Shown in pieces: positions 50,417 through 64,000 of a stretch of DNA of 64,000 nt. A program made the translations under genes and the position numbers. Source of the DNA: Aplysia californica (Eukaryota); contig NW_004798611.1 in NCBI RefSeq assembly GCF_000002075.1, forward strand, positions 40,175-104,174. The letters are read 5' to 3'. How positions within the stretch are numbered: the stretch's first letter is position 1; each line of letters starts with the position of its first letter. The notes under the pieces are model-generated. The model saw nothing but the letters and a program-made list of their open reading frames with translations, did not search any database and was not told the origin of the DNA.

Positions 50417-51230
50417 CCCAGTAGCTGTATAGATTTTTTCTAGATCTACTTTCCAACCGTCTCCAGTAGCTGTATTTTGTTGTCTATTTTCCAACCGTGT
50501 TCGCGCATTGTACTTTATTTTCTATTTTTCAACCGTCTCCACTAGCTGTATTTTATTTTTTAATTATCTGGAGACAGATTTTAAATAGAAAAAAAAATAC
50601 AGCTAGTGGAAACAGTTGGAAAATAGAAAATAAAATACAGCTACTGGAAACAGTTGGAAAGTATTCTTTAAAATGCAGCAAGTGGAGATGATTGGAAAAT
50701 ATTAAAAAGAATACAACTAACTGATTTGAGAAGAAAATAGAACTAGAATACAGTTACGGGAGACGGTCATGAACATAGGAAATACAACTTGTGAAGAATA
50801 AAATATAGCTACTGGAGACGGTCGGAAAATTGTTTTTTGTAACAGGAGCACGAGACGAGTGGAAAATAGAAAATAAAATACAGATAGTGGAGACAGTTGA
50901 AAAAAAGAAAAAAAATTACAGCTGTTGGAGACTGTTAAAAAATAGAAAATAAAATACAGTTACTGGAGACAGTTGGAAAATAAAAAATCAAATACAGTTA
51001 CAAGTGACGGTAAAAAATAGAAAAGAAAATACAGGTAGTGAAGACAGTTGCCACTAAAGATGGTTCAAAAATAAAAATTATAATACAGCTAGTGGAAACG
51101 GAAAATATTCTTTAAACCTCAGCTAGTGGAGACAGTTGGAAAATATTTTTAAAAATACAACTACTGGAGACGGTTGAAAAATTAAAAATAAGATACAGCT
51201 AGGGGAAAATGTTTTAAAATTTCAGCTACT
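50417..51230. repeat. Satellite C, ~38-40-bp unit AAAATACAGCTACTGGAGACGGTTGGAAAATAG, with the first units inverted
   Basis: 50417-50560 carries CTCCAGTAGCTGTATTTT / TTTTCCAACCGT. From ~50570 the reverse-complement unit repeats. Confidence 0.85.
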
Positions 51231-54200
51231 GGGGATGAGCTAGAAAATATTACGGATGAAGTAAAAAATACGAAAGATGAGCTAGAAAATATTGTGCATG
51301 AGCTAAAAAAAATACTTGAGATGAGTTAGAAAATATTACAGACGAGCTAGAAAATACTGGGAATGAGCTAGAAAATATTACGGATGAAATAGAAAATACG
51401 AGATATGGTCTAGAAAAGATTATGCTTAAGTTATAAAATACTGGGGATAAGTTAGAAATATTATGGATGAACTAGAAAATACTGGGAATGAGCTAGAAAA
51501 TATTTGGGAGGTGCTACAAAATATTGGGTATGTGATAAAAATATTGGGGATCAGTTAGAGAATATAAAGGATTTAAAAATATTGGGAATAAGAATAAAAA
51601 AATCTCGTGGATGAGATACAGAAGTCCAGGAAATATTTGGAAGGAGCTTAAAGTACTGGGGATGAGCTTAAAAATATTATTGATCAGCTATGAATTATTG
51701 GGGATAAAGTAGAAAATGCTAAAAAATACTGGGGATGAGTTAGAAAATATTACGGATGAGCTACAAAAGTCCAGGAAAATATTTGGAAGGAGCTTAAAAT
51801 ACTGGGGATGATCTAAAAAATACTACGGTTGAGCTAGAAATTATTAGGGATAAAGCAGAAAATGCTAAAAAATACGGGGGATGAACTAGAAAATATTATG
51901 GATAACCTAAAAAATACTGAGGATGAGCTAGGAAATTTTACGGATGAGATAAAAATACTGGGGATGAGCTAGAAAATATTACGGATGAGCTAGAAAATAT
52001 TAGGAATGAGGTAGAAAATATTGTTTGAGGTGCTAAAAAATATTTAGGATGTGATAAAATGTAGTGGGGAAAAGCTGGAAAATATTAAAGATAAAAAAAA
52101 TAATTTTAATTGGGAATAAGATTTAAAAAATGTGGATGAGATACAAAAGTCCTGGAAATATTTGGGGTGAGCTAAAAATATTGGAAATGAGCTAGTAAAT
52201 ATAATGGATGAGCTACAAATTATTGGGGATGAAGTAGAAAATGCTAGAAAATACTGGGGATGAGCAAGAAAATATTACAGATGAGCTAGAAAATACTGGG
52301 GATGAGCTAGAAAATATTTGAGAAGGGCTGCAATATTGGGGATGTGGTAAAAAGTATTTGGGATGAGCTAGAAAATATAAGTGATCTAAAAATATTGGGA
52401 ATAAAATAAAATACTGTTTTGGATGAGATACTTTAAGTCCTGAAAACATTGGGCATGAGCTAAAAATTATTGATGATGAGCCGAAAAATACTGGTAGCTA
52501 AAAAATACTGGGATTGAGCTAGAAAATATTACAGATGAGCTAAAAAATAATGGGGATGAGCTAGAAAATATTACAGATGAAGTAGAAAATACGAAAGATG
52601 AGCTAGAAAATATTGTGCATGAGCTAAAAAATACTGGAGATGAGTTAGAAAATATTACAGCGACGAGCTAGAAATTTCGGGGAATGAGCTAGAAGATATT
52701 ACAGAAGAAATAGAAAATACGAGATATGAGCTAGAAAATATTACAGAAGAAATAGAAAATACGAGATATGAGCTAGAAAATACTGGGGATAAGTTAGACA
52801 ATATTATTGATGAACTAAAAAGTACTGGGAATGAGCTAAAAATATTTGGGAGGTGCTACAAAATGTTGGGTATGTGATAAAAATATTGGGGATCAGATAG
52901 AATATTTATATTATTAATGAATATTGGGAATAAGATTTTTTTTTGTTAATTGTGGATGAGATACAGAAGTCCAGGAATTATTTGGAAGGAGATAAAAGTA
53001 CTGGGGATGAGCTTTAAAATATTATTGATCAGCTACAAATGATTGGGGATGAAGTAGAAAATGCTAGAAAATACTGGGAGGTGCTAGAAAATATTACAGA
53101 CAAGCTAGAAAATACTGGGGATTAGCTAGAAAAAATATTACGGATGAGCTAGAAAATACTGGGAATGAGCAAGGATATATTACCGATAAGCTAGAAATTT
53201 TTGGGAACGAGCTAGAAAATATTTCGGATGAGTTAAAAAATACTGGGGATGAGTTAGAAAATACTGGGAATGGGCTAGAAAATATTTGGGAGGGGCTACA
53301 AAATATTGGGAATGTGATAAAAAGTATTTGGGATGAGCAAGGAAATATAAGGAATCTAAAAATATTGGGAATACGATAAAATAATTTTGTGGATGAGATG
53401 CAAAAGTCCTGGAAATATTTGAGATGAGCTAAAAATAGTGGGGGTTGAGCTAGAAAATATTACGCATAAGCTAGAAAATACTGGGGATGAACTAGAAAAT
53501 ATTACAGGTGAGCTAAGAAATACTGGGGATGAGCTAGAAAACATCACAGATGAGCTAGGAAATACTGGGGATGAGCTAAAACATATTTGGGAGGGGCTAC
53601 AAAATATTGGGGATGTGGTAAAAAGTATTTGAGATGAGCTAGAAAATATAAGAGATCTAAAAAATATTTAGGGTAAAATAAAATAATGTTTTGAATGGGA
53701 TACAGAAGTCCTGGAAACATTGGGCATGAGCTAAAAGTTATTGAAGATGAGCCGAAAAATACTGGAGATGAGCTAGAAAATGTTACGGATGAGCTAGAAA
53801 TTATTTTGGATAAAGTATAAAATACTTGATATAAGCTAAACAAATATCGGGGATGAGCTAGAAAATATTACGGATGAGCTAGCAATTATTAAGGATGAAG
53901 TAGAAAATGCTAAAATATACTGGGTATCAGCTTGAAAATATTACAGCTGAGCTAGAAAATACTGGGATTGAGCCTGTAAATATTACAGAAAAGCTAGATA
54001 ATAATGGGGATGAGCTAGAAAAAAATATACAGATGAGCTAAGAAATGAATGAGCTAGAAAATTTTTGGGAGGTGCTAGAAAATACTGGGAATGAGCTAGA
54101 AAATATTTGGGAGGTGGTACGAAAATATTTTGGATGTGATAAAACATATTGGCGATGAGCTAGAAACTATTAAGGATCTAAAAATATTGGGAATAACATT

Positions 54201-57200
54201 TAAAAAATGTTGTGCAAGAGATACGAAAGTCCTAGAAATATTGTGGGGATCAGCCCAAAAATACTGGAGAAGGGCTAGAAAATATTGCGGATGAGCTAGA
54301 AATTATTACGGTTTAAGTAAAAGATACTGGAGATGAGCTAGAAAATACTAGGGATGCGTTTAAATAATATTACAGATGTGCTAAAAAAAATATTGGGGAT
54401 GAGCTAGAAAATATTAAGGATCTAAACATATTGGGAAAAAGAAGAAAAATAATGTTGTGGAAGAGGTACAAAAGTCCTGGAAATATTGGGGATGCGCTAA
54501 AAATACTGGGGATCAGCTAGAAATCATTAGGGATGAAGTAGAAAATACTGGAAATGAGCTAGAAAAAACTGGAGATGAACTTTAAAAATTTGGGATGAGC
54601 TAGAAAATACTGATGATGAGTTTAAAGATATTACAGATGTGATAGAAAATACCAGGAATGAGATAGAAAATATTTGGGAGGTGTAACAAAATTATTTTGG
54701 ATGTGATAAAAAATATTGGCGATGAGTAGGAAAATATTAAGGATCTAAAAAAATTGTGAAAATATTTAAAAAGTGTTGTGCAAGAGATACAAAAGTCCGG
54801 GAAATATTGGGGATCAGCCCAAAAATACAGGTGACAGGCTAGAAAATAGTATGGATGAGCTAGAAATTATTACGGTTGAAGTAAACAATACTGGAGATGA
54901 GCTTGGAAATACTGGGGAGGAGCTAGAAAATATTACGGATGAGCTAGAAAATACTGGGGATGAGCTTAAAAAATATTACAGATGTGATAGTAAATACTGG
55001 GAATGAGCTAGAAAATATTTGGTAGGTGCTACAAAATATTGGGGATGTGATAAAAAATATTGGCGATGAGCTAGAAAATATGAAGGATCTAAAACTATTG
55101 GGAAAAAGAAAAGTAAATAATGTTGTAGATGAGATACAAAAGTCCAGGATATATTTGGGATGAGCCCAAAAATACTGGAGATTTGCAAGAAAATAAAACG
55201 GATGAGCTAGAATTATTACGGAAGAAGTAAAAAATACTGGATAGGAGCTAGAAAATACTGGGAATGAGCTAGAAAATATTACTGATGAGCTAGAAAATTC
55301 TGGGGATGAGTTTAAAAAATATTACAAATGTTATAGATAATACTAAGAATGGGCTAGAAAATATTTGGGAGGTGCTGCAAAATATTTTGGATGTGATAAA
55401 AAATATTGGCGATGAGCTAGAAAATATTAAGGATCTAAAGATATTGGGAATAAGACCCAAAAGATGATGTTGTAGGTGAGATTTTCAATGATTTGGAAAG
55501 ATTGGGGATGAGCTAAAAATACTGTGAATGAGCTAGAAAATATTACGGATGAGCTAGAAATCAGTGGGGATGAATTATAAAATACTGGAGATCAGTTAGA
55601 AAATACTGGGGAAGAACGATAAATTTTTTCAGATGCGCTAGAAAATATTACGGATGAGCTAGAAAATACTGGGAATGAAATAAAAAATATTTGGGAGGTG
55701 CTATAAAATACTGGTGACGTGTTAAAAATGTTTGGGGATGAGCTAGAAAATATTAATGATCTAAAAATATTGGGAATAAGACCAAACAAAAGTCCTGGAT
55801 ATATTTGGGATGCGCTAAAAATACTGGGGATGAGTCAGAGAATATTACGGATGAGGTAGAAATTATTAGGGATTAAATAGAAAATACTAGAGATGAGCTA
55901 GAAAATACTTGGGATGAACTAGAAAATATTTCAGATGAGTAAGAAAATATTGGGGATGAGTTTAAAAAATATTACAGATATGACAGAAAGTTCTAGGAAT
56001 GAGATAGAAAATATTTGAGTGGAGGTACAAAATATTTTGGATGTGGTAAAATATATTGGCGATGAGCTAGAAAATATTACGGATCTAAAAATATTGTGAA
56101 TAACATTTTTAAAATGTTGTGCAAGAGATACAAAAATCCTGGAAATATTGTGGGGATCAGCCCAAAAGTACTGGAGAAGGGCTAGAAAATATTATGGGTG
56201 AGCTAGAAATTATTAGGGTTGGAGTAGAAAATACTGGAGATGAGCTAGAAAATACTAGTGATGACCTAGAAAATATTACGGATGAGCTAGAATATACTGG
56301 GGATGAGTTTAAAAAATATTACAGATGTGATTGAAAATACTGGGAATGAGCTAGGAAATATTTGGGAGGTGCTACAAAATATTGGTGATGTGCTAAAAAT
56401 TATGGAAGATGAGCTAAAAACAATTTCTTTAATGGTAATAAGATCAAATATAATGTTGTGGATGAGATACTAAAGTCCTCGAAATATTGGGGATGCGCTA
56501 AAAATACTGGAGATGAGCTAGAAAATATTACGGATGAGCTAGACATTATTATGGATGAAGTAGAAAATACTGGAGATGAGCTAGAAAATACTGGGGATGA
56601 ACAAGAACATTTTTCAGATGAGCTAGAAAATATTACTGATGAGCTAGAAAATACTGGGGGTGAGGTTAAAAAATATTATAGGTGTGATAGAAAATATTGG
56701 GAATGAGCTAGGAAATATTTGGGAGGTGCTACAAAGTATTTTAGATAAAATGATAAAAATATTGACAATGAGCTAGAAAATACTAAGGATCTAAAAAATA
56801 TTGTGAATAACAATTAAAAAATGTTGTGCAAGAGATACAAAAGTTCTGGAAATATTGGGGATGAGCTAAAAATACTGGGGATGAGCTAGAAAATATTAGG
56901 GATGAATTAGACAATACTCGAAATGAGCTAGAAAATAGTGGGAATGAGCTTGAAAATGTTACGGATGAGCTAGATAATACTGAGAATGAGTTACAAAATG
57001 TTTGAAAGGTTCTAGAAAATATTGGTGATGTGTTAAAAATTATTGGGGATGAGCTAGAAAATATCAATGATCTAAAAATATTTGGAATAAGACCAAAAAA
57101 TGTTATGGATGAGATACAAAAGTCCTGGATATATTTGGGAGGCGCTAGAAATACTGCAGATGAGCTAGAAATTATTAGGGATGAAGTAGAAAATACTGGA

Positions 57201-60200
57201 AATGAGCTAGAAAATACTAGGAATGAGCTAGAAAATATTTGGAAGGTGTAAAAAATATTTAGGATGTGATGAAACGTAGTGGGGATGAGCTGGAAAATAT
57301 TAAAGATAAAAAAAATATATATTGCGAATAGGACAAAAAAATGTTTTGGATGAGATACAAAAGTCCTGGAAATATTGGGAATGAGCTAAAAATATTGGGG
57401 ATGAGTTAGAAAATATAAATGGATGAGATAGAAATGATTGGTGATGAAGTAGAAAATGCTAGAAAATACTGGGGATGAGCTAGAAAATATTTGGGAGGTA
57501 CTACAAAATATTTTGGATGTGATAAAAAAAAATATTGGCGATGAGCTAGAAAATATTAAGGATCTAAAAATATTTTGAATAACATTTTTAAAAATGTTGT
57601 GGATGAGATACAAAAGTCCTGGAAATAATGGGGATGAGTCCAAAAATACTGGAGATGGGCTAGAAAATACAACAGATGAGCTAGAATGATTACGGATGAA
57701 GTAAAAAATATTGGAGATGAGTTAGCAAATATTCCGGATGAGCTAGAAAATATTGTGGATGAGTTTTAAAATTTTTACCGATGTTACAGAAAATACTGGG
57801 AATGAGCTAGAAAATATTTGGGAGGTGCTACGAAATATTGGGGATCTGATTTAAAAATATATTGGGCACGAGCTAGAAAATAATTAAGGTTTTAAAATGT
57901 TGTAAAAAAGATTTTATTTTTAAATAGTGTTGTGGATGAGATACAAAAGTCCTGGAAATATTGGGGATGCATTAAAAATACTGGGGTTGAGCTAGAAAAT
58001 ATTAATGGGGAAGTAGAAAATACTGGAAATGAAATAAAAAATAGTGGGGATGAACTAGAAAATATTACGGATGAGCTAGAAAATACTGCGAGTGAGATAG
58101 AAAATATTTGGGAGGTGCTACAAAATGTTGGTGACGTGTTAAACAAATGTTGGTGATGAGTTTTAAAATATCAATGATCTAAAAATATTTGAAATAAGAC
58201 GAAAAAAAATGTTATGGGTGAGATGCAAAAGTCCTGGATATATTTGGGATGAGCTAAAACTACTGAGGATGAGCTAGAAAATATTATGAATGAGTAAAAA
58301 AAATTATTAGAGATGAAGTAGAAATACTAGAAAATACGGGGGATGAGGTAGCAAATATTACGGATAACCTAAAAAATACTGAGGATGAGCTAGGAAATAT
58401 TATGGATGGACTAGAAAATACTAGGAATGAGCTAGAAAATTTTGGAATTGCTAAAAACTATTTAGAATGTGATAAACCATAGTGGGGATGAGCTAGAAAA
58501 TATTACAGGTGAGCTAGAAAATACTGAGGATGAGCTAGAAAATACTTGTGAGGGTCTACTAAATGTTGCTGATTGGTAAAAAAAATATTTGGGATGAGCT
58601 AAAAAATATAAGGGATCTATAAATATTGGGAATTAAATAAAATACTGTTTGGGATGAAATACAGAAGTCCTGGAAACATTGGGCATGAGCAAAAAATTAT
58701 TGAAGATGAGTCGAAAAATACTGGAGATGAGCTAGAAAATGTTACGGATGAGCTAGAAATTATTTTGGATAAAGTATAAAATACTTGATATAAGCTAAAC
58801 AAATATTGGGGATGAGCTAGAAAATATTACGGATGAGCTAGCAATTATTAAGAATGAAGTAGAAAATGCTAAAAAATACGGGGGATCAGCTTGAAAATAT
58901 TACAGCTGAGCTAGAAAATACTGGGATTGAGCTAGTAAATATTACAGATAAGCTAGATAATAATGGGGATGAGCTAGAAAATAATATACAGATGAGATAA
59001 GAAATGAATGAGCTAGAAAATTTTTGGGAGGTGCTAGAAAATACTGGGAATGAGCTAGAAAATATTTGGGAGGTGCTACAAAATATTTTGTGTATGATAA
59101 AAAATAATGGCGATGAGCTAGAAAATATTAAGCATCTAAAAATATTTTTAAAATGTTGTGTATGAGATACAAAAGTCCTGGAAATATTTGGGATGAGCCC
59201 AAAAAATACTGGAAATGGGCTAGAAAATATTCCGGATGAGCTATAAATTATTACAGATGAAGTAGAAAATACTGGAGATGAGCTAGAAAATACTGGGGAT
59301 GAGCTAGAAATATTACAGATGAGCTAGAAAATACTGGGGATGAGTTTTAAAAGTATTACAGATATAATAAAAAAAAATACTGGGAATGAGCTAGAAAAAA
59401 CTGGGGATGAACTAGAAAATTTTTGGGATGAGCTAGAAAATACTGGGGATGAGTTAAAAAATATTATAGATGTGATAGAAAATACTAGGAATGAGCTAGA
59501 AAATATTTGGGAGATGCTGTAAAATATTGGGGATGAGCTAGAAAATGTTAAGGAGCTAAAATTATTGGGGAAAAGATAAAAAAAATAATGTTGTGGATGA
59601 GATACAAAAGTCATGGAAATATTGGGGATGCGCTAAAAATATTACGGATGATCTAGAAATTATTAAGGATGAAGTAGAAAATACTGGAGATGAACTAGAC
59701 AATTTTTCAGAGGAGCTAGAAAATATTACGGATGAGCTAGAAAATACTGGGAATGAGATAGAAAATATTTGAGAGGTGCTACAAAATATTGGTGACGTGA
59801 TAAAGACTATTGGGGATGAGCTAGAAAATATTGATGATCTAAAAATATTTGGAATAAGACCCCAAAAAATGTTATAGATGAGATACATAAGTCCTGGATA
59901 AATCTGGGATGAGCTAAAAATACTGAGGATGAGCTAGAAAATATTAGGGATGAATAAGAAAATACTGGAGATCAGTTAGAAAATACTGGGGATGAACTAA
60001 AAAAATTTCAGATGAGCTAGAAAATATTACGGATGAGCTAGAAAATACTGGGAATGAGATAGAAAATATTTGGGAGGTGCTATAAAATACTGGTGACGTG
60101 TTAAAAATGTTTGGAGATGAGCTAAAAAATATTAATGATCTAAAAATATTGGGAATAAGACCAAACAAAAGTTATGGATGAGATACAAAAGTCCTGGATA

Positions 60201-63200
60201 TATGGTTGTTGGATGCGCTAAAAAAGTCCTGGATATATTGGGGATGCGCCCAAAAATACAGGTGACAGGCTAGAGGATCTAAAAATATTGTGAATAACAA
60301 TTTTAAAATGTTGTGCAAGAGATACAAAAATCCTGGAAATATTGTGGGGATCAGCCCAAAAGTACTGGAGAAGGGCTAGAAAATATTATGGGTGAGCTAG
60401 AAATTATTAGGGTTGGAGTAGAAAATACTGGAGATGAGCTAGAAAATACTAGTGATAACCTAGAAAATATTACGAATGAGCTAGAAAATACGGGTGATAA
60501 CCTAGTAAATATTACGGATGAGCTAGAATATACTGGGGATGAGTTTAAAAAATATTACAGGTGTGATAGAAAATACTGAGAATGAGCTAGGAAATATTTG
60601 GGAGGTGCTACAAAATATTGGGGATGTGTTAAAAATTATGGAAGATGAGCTAAAAAAATTTAAGGATTTAACAATATTGGTAAAAAGATAAAATATAATG
60701 TTGTGGATGAGATACTAAAGTCCTCGAAATAATGGGGATGCGCTAAAAATACTGGAGATGAGCTAGAAAATATTACGGATGAGCTAGAAATTATTATGGA
60801 TGAAGTAGAAAATACTGGAGATGAACAAAAACATTTTTCAGATGAGCTAGAAAATACTGGGGATGAGGTTTAAAAATATTACAGACGTGATAGAAAATAC
60901 TGGGAATGAGCTAGGAAATATTTGGGAGGTGCTACAAAGTATTTTGGATATGATAAAAATATTGACAATGAGGTAGAAAATACTAAGGATCTAAAAAATA
61001 TTGTGAAATTAAAAAATGTTGTGCAGGAGATACAAAGGTCCTGGAAATATTGGGGATATATTTAGGAGGTGCTAAGTAATATTTTGGATGTGAAAAAAAT
61101 ATTGACGATGAACTAGAACATATTAAGGATCTAAACATATTGGGATGAGCTAAAAATACTGGGGATGAGCTAGAAGATATTATGGATGAGCAAGAAATAA
61201 TTACAGATGAGTAAGAAAATACTGGGGTTGAGTTTAAAAAATATTACAGATGTAATAGATAATACTGGGGATGAGTTTAAAAAATATTACAGATGTGATA
61301 AAAAAAATACTGGGAATGAGCTAGAAATATTTGGGAAGTGCTACAAAATATTGGCGATGAGTTAGAAAATATTAAGGAACTAAACATTTTGGGAATAACA
61401 TTTTGTATTAGGGATGAGCCCAAAAATACTGGAGTTGGGCTAGAAAATATAACGGATGAACTAGAATGATTATGGAAGAAGTAAAAATACTGGAGATGAG
61501 CTAGAAAATATTAAGGATGAGCTAGAAAATACTGGGGACGAGCTAGAAAATATTTGGGACGTGCTACAAAATATTGGGGATCTGATTTTTTTAAAAATAT
61601 TGGGCACGAGCTAGAAAATATTGAGGATCTAAAATATTGTGAAAAAGATTTTTTTTAAAATAAAGTTGGGGATGAGATACAAAAGTCCTGGATATATTTG
61701 AGATGCCCTAAAATTACTGGGGATGAGCTAGTAAATATTAAGGATGAGCTAGAAATTATTAGGGATGAAGTAGAAAATACTGGAGATGAGTTTTAAAAAT
61801 ATTTAAGATGTGATAGAAAATACAACGAATGAGATAGAAAATATTTGGGAGGTACTACAAAATATTTTGGATGTGATAGAAAAAATATTGGCGATGAGCT
61901 AGAAAACATTAAGGATCTAAATATATTGGGAATAACATTTTTAAAATGTTGTGGATGAGATGCAAAAGTCCTGGAAATATTGGGGATAAGCCCAAAGATA
62001 TCGGAGACCGGCCAGAAAATATGGATGAGCTAGAAATTATTACGGTTGAAGTAAAAATACTGGAGATGAGTCAGAAAATACTGGGGTTGAGTTTAAAAAA
62101 TAAATATTACAGATGTAATAGAAAATACTGGGAATGAGCTAGAAAATATTTGGGAGATGCTGCAAAATATTGGGGATGAGCTAGAAAATATTAAGGATCT
62201 AAAACTATTGGGAAAAAGAAGAAAAATAATGTTGTAGATGAGATACAAAAGTCCTGGAAATATTTGGGATGCGCTAAAATTACTGGGAATCAGCTAGAAA
62301 ATATTATGGATGAGCTAGAAATAATTACAGATGAGTTAGAAAATACTGGGGTTGAGTTTAAAAGATATTTCAGATGTAATAGAAAATACTGGGGTGAGTT
62401 TTTAAAAAATATTACAGATGTGATTAAAAATACTGGGAATGAGCAAAAAAATATTTGGGAGGAGCTACAAAATATTTTGGATGTGATAAAAATTGTGGAT
62501 GAGATACAAAAGTCCTGGTTATATTAGGGATGAGCCCCAAAATTCTGGAGTTGGGCTAGAAAATATAACGGATGAACTAGAATTATTAAGGAAGAAGTAA
62601 AAAATACTGGAGATGAGCTAGAAAATATTACGGGTGAGCTAAGAAATACTGGGGATGAGTTTTAAAAATATTACAGATATAATAGAAAATACTGGGACTG
62701 AGCTAGAAAAAACTAGGGATGAACTAGAATATTTTTGGGATGAGCTAGAAAATACTTGGGATGAGTTTAAAAATATTACAGATGTGCTAGAAAATACTAA
62801 GAATGAGATTAAAAATATTTGGGAGGTGCTACAAAATATTTTGGATGTGATAAAAATATTGGCGATGAGCTAGAAAATGTGAAGGATCTAAACATATTGA
62901 GAATAACATTTTAAAAATGTTGTGGATGAGATACACAAGTCCTGGAAATATTGGGGATGAGCTAAAATACTGGGGATGAGCTAGAAAATATTACGGATGA
63001 AGTAGACACTACTGGAGATAAGCTAGAAAATAGTGGGGATGAACTTGAAAATGTTACAGATGAGCTAGAAAATATTACGGATGAGCTAAAAAAATACTGA
63101 GAATGAGTTAGAAAAATGTTTGAAAGGTTCTAAAAAATATTGGTGATGTGTCAAAAATTATGGGGGATGATCTAGAAAATATTGGGGACGTAATTAAAAA

Positions 63201-64000
63201 TATTGGAGATGAGCTAGAAAATATTAAGGATCTAGAAATAAATAATGTTGTGGATGAGATACAAAAATCCTGGATATATTTAGGATGAGTTAAACATACT
63301 GAAGTGAGCTAGAAAATAAGATGGATCAGCAAAAGGTTTTTATGGATGAAGTAGAAAATGATAGAACTTTTTCTGGATGAGCCAAAAAATATTACGATGA
63401 GCTAGAAAATACTAGGAATGAGCTAGAAAATATTACTGATGAGCTAGAAAATACTGTGAATGAGCTAGAAAATATTTGGGAGGTGCTACGAAGCATTTTG
63501 GATGAGATAAAAAATATTGGCGATGAGCTAGACATTATTAAGGATCAAAACATATTGGGAGTTAATGTTGTGGATGAGATACAAAAGTCCAGGAAATATT
63601 GGGGATGTACCCAAAAATACTGGAGATGGGCTAGAAAATATAACGGATGAGCTAGAATTACTACGGAAGATGTAAAAAATACTGGAGATGAACTAGAAAA
63701 TACTGGGGATGAGTTTAAAAAATATTACAAATGTGATAGAAAATACTTGGAAGGAGCTAGAAAATATTTGGGAGGTGCTACAAAATATTGGGGATGAGCT
63801 AGAAAATATTAAGGATCTAAAAATATTGGGAAAAAGATTTAAAAAATAACGTTGCTGATGAGATTTCCAAAGTCCTGGAAATATTTGGGAAGCACTATAA
63901 AAATACTGTTGATGAGTTACAAAATATTACGGATGAGCTAGAAACTATTAGGGATGAAGTAGAAAATACTGGAGATGAGCTAGAATATACTGGGGATGAA
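51228..64000 (+). repeat. Satellite B, 21-bp unit GATGAGCTAGAAAATACTGGG with higher-order structure
   Basis: Continuous array to the end of the window, with a recurrent landmark GATGAGATACAAAAGTCCTGGA. Confidence 0.97.

Noticed and set aside
51228-64000. Coiled-coil-looking DELENTG ORFs
   Set aside because: Same artefact. Frames break every few hundred bp.

Overview
Eukaryotic (animal) genomic DNA, probably from a gastropod mollusc. That assignment is an inference from gene content, the (TCTAGA)n runs and the repeat types. Five intron-containing protein-coding genes could be rebuilt by hand with phase-consistent splice sites: (1) coding exon 1 of an SLC2A13/HMIT-like sugar transporter (-), running off the left edge; (2) a complete 5-exon NDUFA5 (+), head-to-head with it; (3) an ~1151-aa BTB-BACK protein with nine C2H2 zinc fingers (-); (4) a 2-exon mitochondrial EF-Tu (-); and (5) a 16-exon LRGUK (+), head-to-head with EF-Tu. 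LRGUK has a GC-AG intron, a U12-type intron and a six-fold duplicated splice acceptor. Two related 21-bp satellite arrays (~19.8-27.9 kb and ~51.2-64 kb) flank the TUFM-LRGUK block. MITE/foldback elements, a tRNA-derived SINE family, RTE/L2/Nimb-like LINE fragments, short tandem duplications and three N gaps fill the rest. The most interesting candidates are the BTB-BACK-zinc-finger architecture, the EF-Tu1-type protein with an altered aminoacyl pocket and a C-terminal extension, and the cluster of unusual splice sites in LRGUK. All calls are by-eye; no database searches were run.
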